IMG/VR virus record: IMGVR_UViG_2862611759_000001
From: a virus
Lineage: Duplodnaviria > Caudoviricetes
DNA length: 64,000 nt
Reading direction: 5' to 3' (one strand)
Shown: positions 47,633-56,837 of the stretch, in pieces
Position numbering within the stretch: position 1 is the first letter of the stretch
Layout: the number at the start of each line of letters is the position of its first letter
Made by a program: the position numbers and the translations under genes
The notes under the pieces: model-generated
Told to the model about the DNA's origin: nothing
Seen by the model: only the letters and a program-made list of their open reading frames with translations
Databases searched by the model: none

Positions 47633-48082
47633 CTACGCGGCGAGGTCGGCGTCGGTCTGGGTGAGGGGGCGGCGGGGGCGGTAGTCGGCGTCGTCGCGGT
47701 CGCGCTCCAGCTCGAAGTGGATGAGCGCGGTCTCGTCGTGTGCGGGAGCGGAAGGGGTGGGCTCGTAGGTGGTGTTCGTGGGGATGGCGAGCGTGTGGGC
47801 GATGCGGTGGACGGTGTAGGTGAGGATCCCGGCGAGGTGGAACTCGCGGGCCTCGCCTCGCAGGCGGCACATGGCCACGACCACGATGTCGCCGCCCTTC
47901 ACGGTGCCGTCCTTGGCGATGCGGGCGGTGGTGGTGCGCAGCTCGTGGATCTCGACGGTGCGGACGGTGGGCTCGGTCTCGCCGGGCTTGAGGTAGGTGA
48001 TGGTGACGGCGTGCTGGCGGTCGATGGCGCGGTAGAGGTCGGTGAGGGTGCGGGTGGTGGTCTGGCGGTTGGTGTGCTTCAT
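47633..48082 (-). CDS. Stand-alone WYL-domain protein
   Basis: LYRAIDRQHAVTITY...RTVEIHEL...AMCRLRGEAREFHLAGI matches the WYL pattern; no HTH. Confidence 0.8.
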   Translation of the reverse strand: MKHTNRQTTTRTLTDLYRAIDRQHAVTITYLKPGETEPTVRTVEIHELRTTTARIAKDGTVKGGDIVVVAMCRLRGEAREFHLAGILTYTVHRIAHTLAIPTNTTYEPTPSAPAHDETALIHFELERDRDDADYRPRRPLTQTDADLAA

Positions 48083-48115
48083 CGGTGCCCCCGTCTTCGT
48101 GGTGTGACTCCACTC

Positions 48116-48225
48116 TACCCATAACCTATTGCGTGCACAATAGGTTATGGGTAATCTTGGCGTCGCAGGGCCACCCCGGCCCGGCACGTGAGTCCATAAC
48201 CTATGGCTCGCGCAATAGAAGATGG
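48116..48225. promoter_or_regulatory. Divergent promoter region with palindromic operator copies 2 and 3
   Basis: CCATAACCTATTG-CGTGCA-CAATAGGTTATGG (48119-48150) and CCATAACCTATGG-CTCGCG-CAATAGAAGATGG (48194-48225). Confidence 0.8.
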
Positions 48226-48303
48226 GAGACTGTGATGGCCCACGCCCCCACGCGCCCTCCGGCCGGACCTCGGACCCGAAGGCGCATGCCGGAAGGACCC
48301 ACC

Positions 48304-48792
48304 ATGGCCCGCTCCACCTCCGAGTCGATCCGCGCCCGCCTCGTCGTCGCCTCCGACAAGCTCCGCCCGACGGACCCGCTCCTCGCCGACGCGCTCGACG
48401 AGGTTCTGGCCCCCCGCGGCTGGGAACTGCTGAAGCTGAAGCCGGCCACCAGGAGCGGCGGCAACCCCAACCTGGCGATCCCCATGCCCCGCGACGTGCG
48501 TGAGCAGCTGAAGGCCCTGGCCTCCGAGTCGCTGACCGCTGACGTGAACGAGGCCTTCACCGCCTTCCTCGCTGGCAAGTTCGTCCCCGACGCCCCGGTC
48601 CGCGCCCGCCGCAACTCCGGCGCCACCGCCGAAACCGTCAACCTGAACGTCACGCCGGACCGCGACCTGATGCAGCAGGTCAAGGACATCGCCCCGGAGC
48701 GGACCCAGGAGTACGGCTGGACGGTCACGCCGGCGCGGGTCGCCGCGGCGTACCTGCTGCAGAAGCACAACATCACCACGGCGAAGGCGTAA
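48304..48792 (+). CDS. Putative tandem ribbon-helix-helix DNA-binding protein
   Basis: Two strand-helix-helix units: PNLAIPMPRDVREQLKALA..SLTADVNEAFTAFL and VNLNVTPDRDLMQQVK..TPARVAAAYL. Confidence 0.6.
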   Translation: MARSTSESIRARLVVASDKLRPTDPLLADALDEVLAPRGWELLKLKPATRSGGNPNLAIPMPRDVREQLKALASESLTADVNEAFTAFLAGKFVPDAPVRARRNSGATAETVNLNVTPDRDLMQQVKDIAPERTQEYGWTVTPARVAAAYLLQKHNITTAKA

Positions 48793-48877
48793 CGCCGGCG
48801 CGCGGCCCCCGGGCCTGGACGCCGACAACCGGGCCCCTTGCCGCACAGCACTGCCACAACCCCATAGGAGAGACCTC

Positions 48878-49876
48878 ATGGCCACGGCCACCGAGGCCCC
48901 CGCCAGCAAGACGGCGGAGGGTCCGACCCAGCACGTCCCGAACCAGCGCGAAGAACTCACCTTCGTGGACGCCACCCGGCCCGCGACGAACGCCATGATC
49001 GCCCTGACCGGCCCGGCCAACGCGGGGAAGTCCTACACCGCCCTGGCCATGGCCGCGGGCATGGGCACGAACATCGGCGTCTGCGACACCGAGCGCGGGC
49101 GTGCCAGCCACTACGCCAGCCTGTTCCCCTTCAAGCACCTGCGGATGCCGGACTTCCGCCCGCAGACCCTGGTACGGGCGCTCGCCGTCGGCGCGCGGCA
49201 GGGCATCGACGTCATGATCATCGACTCCGGCACGCACTACTGGTCCGGGCGAGGCGGCGTCCTTGAACAGGTCGACCGCACGACCAGCGCCTCCCGCTCC
49301 AACAACGCCTTCACCTCGGGCTGGAAGACCATCAAGCCGGTCGAGCACGAGATGTGGGACGCCGTCATGGCCTACCCCGGTCACGTGATCATGACCCTGC
49401 GGGTCAAGACGGCGTACGAGCTGGTCACCAATAAGAACGGCGGGGTCGAGCCCAAGAAGGTCGGGCTGAAGCCGGACCAGCGGGCAGACGCCGAGTACGA
49501 GTTCGACTTCGTCGGCGACCTCGACATGGAACACACCATGACCGTCTCGAAGTGCTCCTACCCGGGCCTGTTCGAGTCCGGCGAGCGGATCGAGCTGCCC
49601 AACACCGAGACCGGCAACAAGATCGTGCGGTGGCTCAGCGAGGGCACGCCGATGCCCACCGTGCAGGACTACGTCGCCAAGGCCCTGAACCCGGAGACGA
49701 CCTACGAGCAGCTGCTCGCCCTGTACCGGGGCGAGCTGTCCCAGCGAGGCCTCCTGGGCGCTGCCCTGTTCGCCCCGGACACCCAGGAGCTGACCACTCT
49801 CGGCGGGCTGATCAGCCGCATCGGCGGTGCGCGCAAGGCCGCCGCGGACGGGAACGACCACGAGAGGAGTGCCTGA
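48878..49876 (+). CDS. AAA_24 / Sak4-like P-loop ATPase (recombination)
   Basis: GPANAGKSYTAL, DTERG, IIDSGTHYW and EYEFD motifs. Confidence 0.85.
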   Translation: MATATEAPASKTAEGPTQHVPNQREELTFVDATRPATNAMIALTGPANAGKSYTALAMAAGMGTNIGVCDTERGRASHYASLFPFKHLRMPDFRPQTLVRALAVGARQGIDVMIIDSGTHYWSGRGGVLEQVDRTTSASRSNNAFTSGWKTIKPVEHEMWDAVMAYPGHVIMTLRVKTAYELVTNKNGGVEPKKVGLKPDQRADAEYEFDFVGDLDMEHTMTVSKCSYPGLFESGERIELPNTETGNKIVRWLSEGTPMPTVQDYVAKALNPETTYEQLLALYRGELSQRGLLGAALFAPDTQELTTLGGLISRIGGARKAAADGNDHERSA

Positions 49877-51627
49877 TGCCGCCCCAGATGCTGAAGAAGC
49901 GCCGTACCGCCACACATCGCCCGGCCGTCAGGCGCCGCCGGTTCCGCCACGACGAGGTGACGGCGGTCGACCTGTTCTCCGGCTTCGGGGGACTGACCAA
50001 GGGCCTCTCCCTGGCCGGTGTCACGACGATCATGGCGGCGAACCACAACGCCTACAAGGTCGAGGTCCACGAGGCGAACCACCCCGAGGCCGAGCACTGG
50101 ATCGCCGACCTGGTCGACCCGGAGGCCGCGGACTACCACTCGGCCCGGGACCTTCCCCCTGCCGACTTCCTGGCGGCCGGCGTGAGCTGCGTGAACCACT
50201 CCCAGGCCAACACGATCAAGGCGTACGAGCAGGGCGTGGGCCTGTTCGAGCTGGAGGACCCCGACTACGAGGCGCGCGTCACCCGCTCCGAGCGGGACCG
50301 GGCCACCGCGAACTGCGTGCTGCACTACGCCGCGCAGCACCGCCCCCGGCTGATCCTCGTCGAGTGCACGACCGAGCTGACCTCATGGGGCCCCGCAGTC
50401 CAGGGCCGCCGGAAGGTGGGCGACGGGTCGACGTACCGCTGGTGGCTGAAGCAGTTCGACATCCTCGGCTACAACCACAAGGTCCTGTACCTCAACAGCC
50501 AGTTCTTCGGGGTGCCGCAGTCCCGCGACCGGGCCTACTGGGCGTTCTGGGACCGGTCCCTGCCCACGCCGGACCTGGAGCACCGTCCGGTGTCCCACTG
50601 CCTGCACTGCGACAAGGACGTCGAGGCCGTGTGGACCTGGCGCACGGGTATCCCGCCGACCGGGTCGGTGCGCTACGGCAAGCAGTACGAGTACCGGTGC
50701 CCGAGCTGCCGCCGGCCGGTCGTCCCGCCGATGACGCCGTCGCTGGCCGCGCTGGACCTGAGCACGCTCGGCACCCGGATCGGGGACCGGCCCAGGCCGC
50801 TCGCGGCCGCGACGATGGCGCGCGCGGAACGCTGCCGCCAGCGGTTCGCCGACTTCCCGGCCGTCCTCATGCCCGCCAAGGCCGTTTACGGCTCCGAGCG
50901 GCATCCCTGGCAGCCGCTGGCGACCCAGACCAGCCAGCAGGAGACGTCGATCCTCTCGACCGGCGCCATCATGGCCGCGGCCGGGAACACCTTCGAGCGG
51001 CCCGGCTCCAACTGCCGCTCGCGGGGCTTCGACGAACCCCTGTGGGCACAGCCGGCCACCAACACCACCGGCATCATCACCCCGCCCATCGCGCTCGCCG
51101 TGGACAACTACCAGGGCGGTCCGCGCGGCGCCGGGGAGCCCCTGCCCACCCAGGTCGGCTCGGAGACCCTCGCCGTGGTGTCCTCCGGGATCATCCCGTT
51201 CCGCAAGAACACGGTCCCCACCGTGCACGGCGAGGCCATGCCGACGTTCACCTCCGACCAGATCCCCGGCCTGCTCACCGCGGCCGGCTGGTTCAAGCAG
51301 AACGGGCCCCTCGGCAACGAGACCGCACCGCACCCGCTGCTCGACCCGCTCGGCACCCTCACCACCCGCGACACCACGGCACTGCTCACGGCCGAGTGGC
51401 GGGCATCCCTGGCCGACCTGCCGCTGGAGGAGTGCTACTTCCGCATGATGGCCGCCCACGAGGTCGGCCGCGGCTGCGGCTTCGACGTCGACTTCGCCGA
51501 CTACAGCGGCACCTTCAAGGTCTGGGGCTCAGCCCGCAACCAGGTCGACGGCTTCGGCAACGCCGTCTCCCCCCAGGTAGGCGCCTGGATCGGCACCCGC
51601 CTGCGCGCCATCCTCCACGCCGCCTGA
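49876..51627 (+). CDS. DNA (cytosine-5) methyltransferase
   Basis: DLFSGFGG (motif I), GVSCVNHS (IV), VECT (VI), PQSRDR (VIII), FGNAV (X). Confidence 0.9.
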   Translation: MPPQMLKKRRTATHRPAVRRRRFRHDEVTAVDLFSGFGGLTKGLSLAGVTTIMAANHNAYKVEVHEANHPEAEHWIADLVDPEAADYHSARDLPPADFLAAGVSCVNHSQANTIKAYEQGVGLFELEDPDYEARVTRSERDRATANCVLHYAAQHRPRLILVECTTELTSWGPAVQGRRKVGDGSTYRWWLKQFDILGYNHKVLYLNSQFFGVPQSRDRAYWAFWDRSLPTPDLEHRPVSHCLHCDKDVEAVWTWRTGIPPTGSVRYGKQYEYRCPSCRRPVVPPMTPSLAALDLSTLGTRIGDRPRPLAAATMARAERCRQRFADFPAVLMPAKAVYGSERHPWQPLATQTSQQETSILSTGAIMAAAGNTFERPGSNCRSRGFDEPLWAQPATNTTGIITPPIALAVDNYQGGPRGAGEPLPTQVGSETLAVVSSGIIPFRKNTVPTVHGEAMPTFTSDQIPGLLTAAGWFKQNGPLGNETAPHPLLDPLGTLTTRDTTALLTAEWRASLADLPLEECYFRMMAAHEVGRGCGFDVDFADYSGTFKVWGSARNQVDGFGNAVSPQVGAWIGTRLRAILHAA

Positions 51628-51682
51628 CCCCGCGCCCCACGGCGGGGCCAACCCACCCACCCCACCCTCTGGAGGCCCCGCC

Positions 51683-51952
51683 GTGGCCCACCCCGCGCTG
51701 CTCACCCTCTCCGTACTGGCCGGCGTCCTCGCCGGGTACGGCGCCGGGACCGTCTACCACCGCCATCGCGACCGGAACCGCGCCGCCGCCGTCCGCCTCA
51801 TCCACAGCTCCCTCGACCGCGACGTCGCCTCCCTGCGCGCCCGGCTCGCCGCGCGCACCACCGCCGACGACGTCCTCACCGAGGCCTGCGACACCGTCGA
51901 CGCCGCCTACGCCCACACCCGCCACTCCCAGGAAGGGGGCCCCACCCAGTGA
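51683..51952 (+). CDS. Small membrane-anchored protein
   Basis: RBS GGAGG; N-terminal TM helix. Confidence 0.65.
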   Translation: MAHPALLTLSVLAGVLAGYGAGTVYHRHRDRNRAAAVRLIHSSLDRDVASLRARLAARTTADDVLTEACDTVDAAYAHTRHSQEGGPTQ

Positions 51953-52806
51953 CCACCACCGAGACCGCCTACACCGACTTCACCGAACACCGCCACTACG
52001 CCTACCGCGGCTGCGCCCCCGACCCGGACCAGCCCCGCATGTCCGCGGCCGACGACACCCTTCCTCTCGACGCCTGGGCGAGGTCTACCGAGGACGGCGG
52101 CCTGCCCCAGGCCCTGCGCCGTGAGTACGAGCGCCGTGCCATCGCCATCTGCAACCGGTGCCCCGTCCTGGCCGCCTGCCGGATCTACGCGAACACCGAG
52201 GTCCCCGGCGGCGGCCTGGCCGAGCCGGACCACATCATGGGCGGGCAGCGGTCCCTCGACCGGCACCGGGCGCTCATCGCCAGCCGCACGGCCCAGCCGG
52301 TTCTGCCAGAACCGGCCCCCACCGCCGCGCTGCCCCCGGCCATCGCGAAGCTCTCCCCGGAGAGCCTCGCGGCCAAGCGCCGCCTCCTGGCCGCGCTCGC
52401 CCGCGAGACCGACGAGGAGCTCGTCGCCTACCGGGCCCACATGGACCTCCGCACCGCGAACTGGCAGCGCTCCGCCCTGTGCACGCTGCTCGGCCTGGAC
52501 AAGGAGACCGCGAGCCGCGAACTCCTCCTCGAAGCGGCGCGCGCCTGCGGGATCCTCCCGGCCCGCACCCGGGTCGTGCCCGACGGCCGCTGGCCGATCG
52601 TCGCCGCCCCCAGCACCAACGGCGCCCGCCAGCGACGCATCGAGCGCGGCCGACCGGTCCAGCTCGTCATCCCGGGCCTGCCCGACTACCCGCGCGTCCG
52701 GCCCGTCCCCGCCCCGGCGGCCGCCCGGCACCTGGTGCTCACGCACCGGGCCCCGGCTGCGTCGCTGCTTCCCCTGCCCGTCCGCATCATGGAGACCGCC
52801 GCGTGA
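51949..52806 (+). CDS. WhiB-like Fe-S transcription factor with C-terminal extension
   Basis: RGC...AIAICNRCPVLAACRIYA...HIMGG four-Cys pattern. Confidence 0.75.
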   Translation: MTTTETAYTDFTEHRHYAYRGCAPDPDQPRMSAADDTLPLDAWARSTEDGGLPQALRREYERRAIAICNRCPVLAACRIYANTEVPGGGLAEPDHIMGGQRSLDRHRALIASRTAQPVLPEPAPTAALPPAIAKLSPESLAAKRRLLAALARETDEELVAYRAHMDLRTANWQRSALCTLLGLDKETASRELLLEAARACGILPARTRVVPDGRWPIVAAPSTNGARQRRIERGRPVQLVIPGLPDYPRVRPVPAPAAARHLVLTHRAPAASLLPLPVRIMETAA

Positions 52807-53180
52807 CCACCCACCCCACCACCCTGCGCCAGGCCGACCAGGCCCTCACCGCCCGCGCGGTCTCCTCCGCCCAGTTCCTGGCCGGCGTCCTCGCGGCCGC
52901 CGAGCTCGACGTCGTGGGCCAGCCGGACAAGCTCCCCGAGCTCCTCTTCCCCGACCTGGACGCCGAAGCCGTACGACGCGTGTGGAACACCGCCCTGACC
53001 GTCGGGTACCGCCTGCGGAAGCTCGCCGAACAGCCCCGCTGGGACGACGCCGCCCTGCGCCGCCTCCGAGGCTCACTGACAGAAGCCGGGTACACCGGCA
53101 TGGGGCAGCTGGCCGAGCGGTCCCTGAACACCCTGCACCCGGCCGACACCGACGTGCGCACCGCCCGGGACCGGACGTGA
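52803..53180 (+). CDS. Hypothetical protein
   Basis: Coupled GTGA start; MTTHPTTLRQAD. Confidence 0.7.
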   Translation: MTTHPTTLRQADQALTARAVSSAQFLAGVLAAAELDVVGQPDKLPELLFPDLDAEAVRRVWNTALTVGYRLRKLAEQPRWDDAALRRLRGSLTEAGYTGMGQLAERSLNTLHPADTDVRTARDRT

Positions 53181-53590
53181 CCCGCGGGCGGGGCCGCCCG
53201 CCGACGTTCACGCCCGACGCCCGCGAGAAGTTCCTCGCGGCGGTCACCGCCGGGGCATACCTGCGTGACGCCGCCGCCCGGGTCGGCGTGACCGGGTACG
53301 TGCCCACGCAGTACGCCACCAAAGACCCCGAGTTCGCCGCCGCGTTCCTCGCCGCTCGGGCCGCCGGCCAGGCCGCCCGGAAAGAGGGGATGGCACACGG
53401 CGAGCGCCGGTACAACGACGAGAGGTGCCGCTGCAAGACGGTCTGCAGACCTGCGGCCACCCGCGCCCGCGCGAGGCGCCGGGCCCGTGCCGCCGAGCAG
53501 CCACCCACCGACGGCCCGAGCAGCCCGGCTCCTCCTACTTCCTTTTCGCTGCTGGTCTCTTCCGTTGGACAGGGCCGCACGGCTGCTTGA
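53177..53590 (+). CDS. HTH plus Zn-motif protein
   Basis: GRPPTFTP...AYLRDAAARVGVT; HGERRY...CRCKTVC. Confidence 0.65.
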   Translation: MTRGRGRPPTFTPDAREKFLAAVTAGAYLRDAAARVGVTGYVPTQYATKDPEFAAAFLAARAAGQAARKEGMAHGERRYNDERCRCKTVCRPAATRARARRRARAAEQPPTDGPSSPAPPTSFSLLVSSVGQGRTAA

Positions 53591-53676
53591 ACGACCGACT
53601 GTCCGATGACCTGGATATCTGATGACAAGTCGGCTCGTACGACACGACCGGACCGATCCGGAAGGGAGGTAGCTCG

Positions 53677-54006
53677 ATGGCGAGCTCAAGGGATAGGCTG
53701 CGCCTGGCGCCAGACGACCACTCAGACACCGAGCGGACCGAGACGCCCGTTGGCCGGAGCCCTGAAAAGGGCGAAGGCCCCGCTGAAGTCCTTCGCCGGC
53801 AAGCGTTGGAGCGGGGCCGTGGCCGACACACCTCGCCAGAAGGTGCCGGCCTCCGTCGGCACACCCACCGGAAGTTAGGTAAGGCCGACATGCAGCAGAG
53901 TAGCCGCCCTCCCTGGAGGGCGACCAGTGGGACCCAGTGCTCCGCCGTGAAGATCACACCGGCGTCGAGCGCGGGCCACACCACGACTACCCCCACCACG
54001 CGATGA
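53677..54006 (+). CDS. Hypothetical protein
   Basis: RBS AAGGGAGG; atypical codon usage. Confidence 0.35.
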   Translation: MASSRDRLRLAPDDHSDTERTETPVGRSPEKGEGPAEVLRRQALERGRGRHTSPEGAGLRRHTHRKLGKADMQQSSRPPWRATSGTQCSAVKITPASSAGHTTTTPTTR

Positions 54007-54260
54007 GCAGCCCGGCCGGGCAGTCCTCGGCCGCCGCTGACCTGACGCTGCCCGAGAGCAGGCGCCAGCTCCTGAAGCTGTCCTCCCTGACGGGCGCCGC
54101 GAGCCCCACGAAGACCGCCGAGGCGCGGCAGTTCGCGCTGGCGATACTCGCCGCCTCTGACCGCGCCGACCATCAGGCAGCCGGGATTCCTCGCCTCGAG
54201 GACCGGCGTGACGAACGAACGAGAGAGAGAGAGAGATCAGATGACGTAGCGACTTCCTAG
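54003..54260 (+). CDS. Hypothetical protein ending in a (GA)8 tract
   Basis: ATGA coupling at 54003; MSSPAGQ. Confidence 0.4.
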   Translation: MSSPAGQSSAAADLTLPESRRQLLKLSSLTGAASPTKTAEARQFALAILAASDRADHQAAGIPRLEDRRDERTRERERSDDVATS

Positions 54261-54469
54261 GCGGGAGGTCCCTGGGCCCCTTGGCGGGGGCACATCCTCA
54301 ACCGCCGGCCGCTGGTGTTGGCGCACCGTGCGCGGCCACTTCCTACGGCTCGAAGTTGGCGCTTCGAGCTAAGGCCCGAACTTCAGATCCCGTTTGGCGA
54401 CGGGGCCCGAGTTTCGAGCGTCCTTCAGGTTCGCACCAGAACCAGCACCCACCGAAGCGGGGCTTTTTC

Positions 54470-55792
54470 ATGCCCTCTTCCGAGAGCAGGAACGGGTACA
54501 TAGTGCAGTACGACGCTGCTGTTTGTCAGCTTCCGCGCGCCCGAGAGGGCGATTCGCGGCTTATCTCCCTCCCCTCGGGTGACATCCCGTGCCAGAGAAC
54601 CGTCTCCGAGCACGTCCTCGTGCGCGGTGCCGAGCAGGAGATCGCGCACACGGCGTCCCGCCGGACGGGCCCCCGCCGGTGGCTCCGCTCGACCCGCTGG
54701 CTCATCCAGGCCGGCTACCACCCACGCGCCAACCGCACGACGCTCGCCGTCGCTGAGGACCTCGCTGCGCGCATGGACTACGACACCGGGCACGCCCGGT
54801 ACTGCCTCGACGAGATGGCCGCCCGCCTCGGCATCAACCGGGCGACCGTGAAGCGGCACGTCGCCGTCCTCCGCGAGCTCGGCGCCCTCGTCTGGGTCGT
54901 GCACGGCACCAAGACCAACGTCCGCCGCGCCCTCGGCCTGACCGGCTACGCCGGCACCGCCACCATCTACGCCGCGGTGATCCCCCCGGTCTACGACCGC
55001 GCCATGGGCCACCGGATCATCGGCTCCGGCTACGAGGCCCGCGCCCTCGCCACCCCCCCGAAGCCTGTGGACAACCCGCCTGTGGAAAACCGCTGTGCGC
55101 CCCCTTCCCTGGTCTCGGTAGATGAGGAGGGTCAGGTGCAGGTAGTGGGTGGTGAAGAAGACACGACGCGCAAGCGCGCGCGGCGAACCGCATCCACCTC
55201 GACCGACAACAAGCGCAACAGCAACGGCGGGGCCGCCCGCCGTTCTCCCGCTCAGGTCGCCCGGGAGCTCCAGGAGACCCGCCTGGTCCGCGCCCTGGTC
55301 AACTGGACGCAGGGCGAGCGGCGGCTCCGGCGGCTCGCGTTCGTGCTGCGGCCGCTCTTCGACCGGGGTCTGACCGGGCAGCAGATCGCCGACGAGCTCA
55401 GCGGCATGTGCCTGGGCTGGCGTCCGAAGCACCCGGCCGCCTTCATCCGCAGCACCCTGGCCCAGGACGCCGCGCGCCTTGCCGAGCTCGACTCCGCCTC
55501 GCACGAGGAGGGCCCCCGGAACGCCGTCGGCGACTGGGCTGGCTGCGCTCTCCCCGTCGCTGAGGGAGCCGGGATCGACGTCGCCGAGGGCGAGATCGAC
55601 CTCAGCACCGAGGACCTCGCCGAGATGCAGCTGCAGGCCACCTCCGACCTCGGCATCGTCCGCGCCTGGATCGCCACCGCGGGCGAGGACGGCGCGCGCA
55701 AGGTGTACGGCGACCGGCTCGTCCGCCTGGCCCAGCTCGAGATCTCCACGAACATCCGCATCAACCCCTGGAAGGACGCCACCTATGCCTGA
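54470..55792 (+). CDS. Plasmid-type replication initiator (RepA-like, wHTH)
   Basis: TTLAVAEDLAARMDYDTGH...MAARLGINRATVKRHVAVLRELGAL wHTH, as in Streptomyces theta-plasmid Rep proteins; internal DnaA boxes; adjacent to dciA-like gene and parBA. Confidence 0.7.
   Translation: MPSSESRNGYIVQYDAAVCQLPRAREGDSRLISLPSGDIPCQRTVSEHVLVRGAEQEIAHTASRRTGPRRWLRSTRWLIQAGYHPRANRTTLAVAEDLAARMDYDTGHARYCLDEMAARLGINRATVKRHVAVLRELGALVWVVHGTKTNVRRALGLTGYAGTATIYAAVIPPVYDRAMGHRIIGSGYEARALATPPKPVDNPPVENRCAPPSLVSVDEEGQVQVVGGEEDTTRKRARRTASTSTDNKRNSNGGAARRSPAQVARELQETRLVRALVNWTQGERRLRRLAFVLRPLFDRGLTGQQIADELSGMCLGWRPKHPAAFIRSTLAQDAARLAELDSASHEEGPRNAVGDWAGCALPVAEGAGIDVAEGEIDLSTEDLAEMQLQATSDLGIVRAWIATAGEDGARKVYGDRLVRLAQLEISTNIRINPWKDATYA
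55066..55089 (-). promoter_or_regulatory. Tandem DnaA boxes
   Basis: TGTGGACAA (=TTGTCCACA, Streptomyces consensus) at 55066 and TGTGGAAAA at 55081. Confidence 0.7.
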
Positions 55793-56597
55793 CGCACCGC
55801 GCCCCTCCGGCGCCGACCTCGCCCGCCAGGCCCTCGCCGCCTACAAGACCGGCCGCCGACCGGGCACCGGACCGGTCAAGCCCGTCCGCCGGCTCCAGCG
55901 CCGCGGCATCGACGGCCGCGACCCCCAGACCTTCGGCGCCGTCCTCGACCGGCTCCGCACCGAGCAGGGCTGGACCGGCCGAGTCCAGGGCGGCAACATC
56001 CTCGCCCGCTGGACCGAGCTCTACCCGCAGTACGACGGGAACGTCCTGGCCGTCGCCTACGACGCCGAACGCCGCCGCCTCGACCTGCGTCCCGGATCCC
56101 CCGCCTACGCCACCCAACTGCGACTCCTCGGCGGACAGCTCTGCCACCAGATCAACGACAAGGTCGGTGCGGATGCCGTCCGCAGCATCCGCGTCCTGCC
56201 GATCGGAACGGTCACCCCCGCCGAGCCAGATCGGTTTACCGCGGTAAACCCCGAGGCCGCCCCGGGCGCCGAGGCAAGGTCGGTCCGGAGCCGGGAAACC
56301 GCGTCGGCCGGCTACCACCAAGCCCTCGCCGCCCACCGAGAGGCCTACCGCCCACCGGCCGCCAGCACCGAGTTCGCCACCCTGTGCGCCGAGGCCGAGG
56401 CCCGCCAGGTCGCCGCCCTTCGCGCCCACCGCGAGGCCCCCGAGGCCCACGCCGAGTACCTGGCCCAACTGGAGCTGCAGCAGCGCGGCCTGCCCAGCGA
56501 CGACTACGAGACCACCATCCAGGCCGCGCTACGCCGGGCCCGCACCGGCCAGCCCACCGGCAGCCGCGAGCCCCGACAGGTCTTCGGCGCTGCCTGA
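55785..56597 (+). CDS. DUF721 / DciA-like helicase loader
   Basis: SGADLARQAL...GRDPQTFGAVLDRL..EQGW...ILARWTEL...SPAYATQLRLL...INDKVG...IRVL. Confidence 0.75.
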   Translation: MPDAPRPSGADLARQALAAYKTGRRPGTGPVKPVRRLQRRGIDGRDPQTFGAVLDRLRTEQGWTGRVQGGNILARWTELYPQYDGNVLAVAYDAERRRLDLRPGSPAYATQLRLLGGQLCHQINDKVGADAVRSIRVLPIGTVTPAEPDRFTAVNPEAAPGAEARSVRSRETASAGYHQALAAHREAYRPPAASTEFATLCAEAEARQVAALRAHREAPEAHAEYLAQLELQQRGLPSDDYETTIQAALRRARTGQPTGSREPRQVFGAA

Positions 56598-56837
56598 CCC
56601 GGGGGAACGATCGGCTGATCCTCCGCCAGCCTGGAAGCTCACGACACCCGCTGGAGGATCCAGGCACCCATCTCCTGCACCATCGGTTCTGCCAGAACCG
56701 GGGTACTCCGTTGTGCGACGTACCTTCAGAACCGGGCATTCAATGGCAATAGGAACGCACTACCCGGACCTGGCGCCGAATCGGTTCTGGCGGAACCGGT
56801 AAGGTCCCCTTCGAATCTCGGCACCACAGGAGGACTC

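Noticed and set aside
53177-53590. HTH protein as an IS transposase fragment
   Set aside because: No catalytic DDE domain or terminal repeats; translationally coupled within the phage operon
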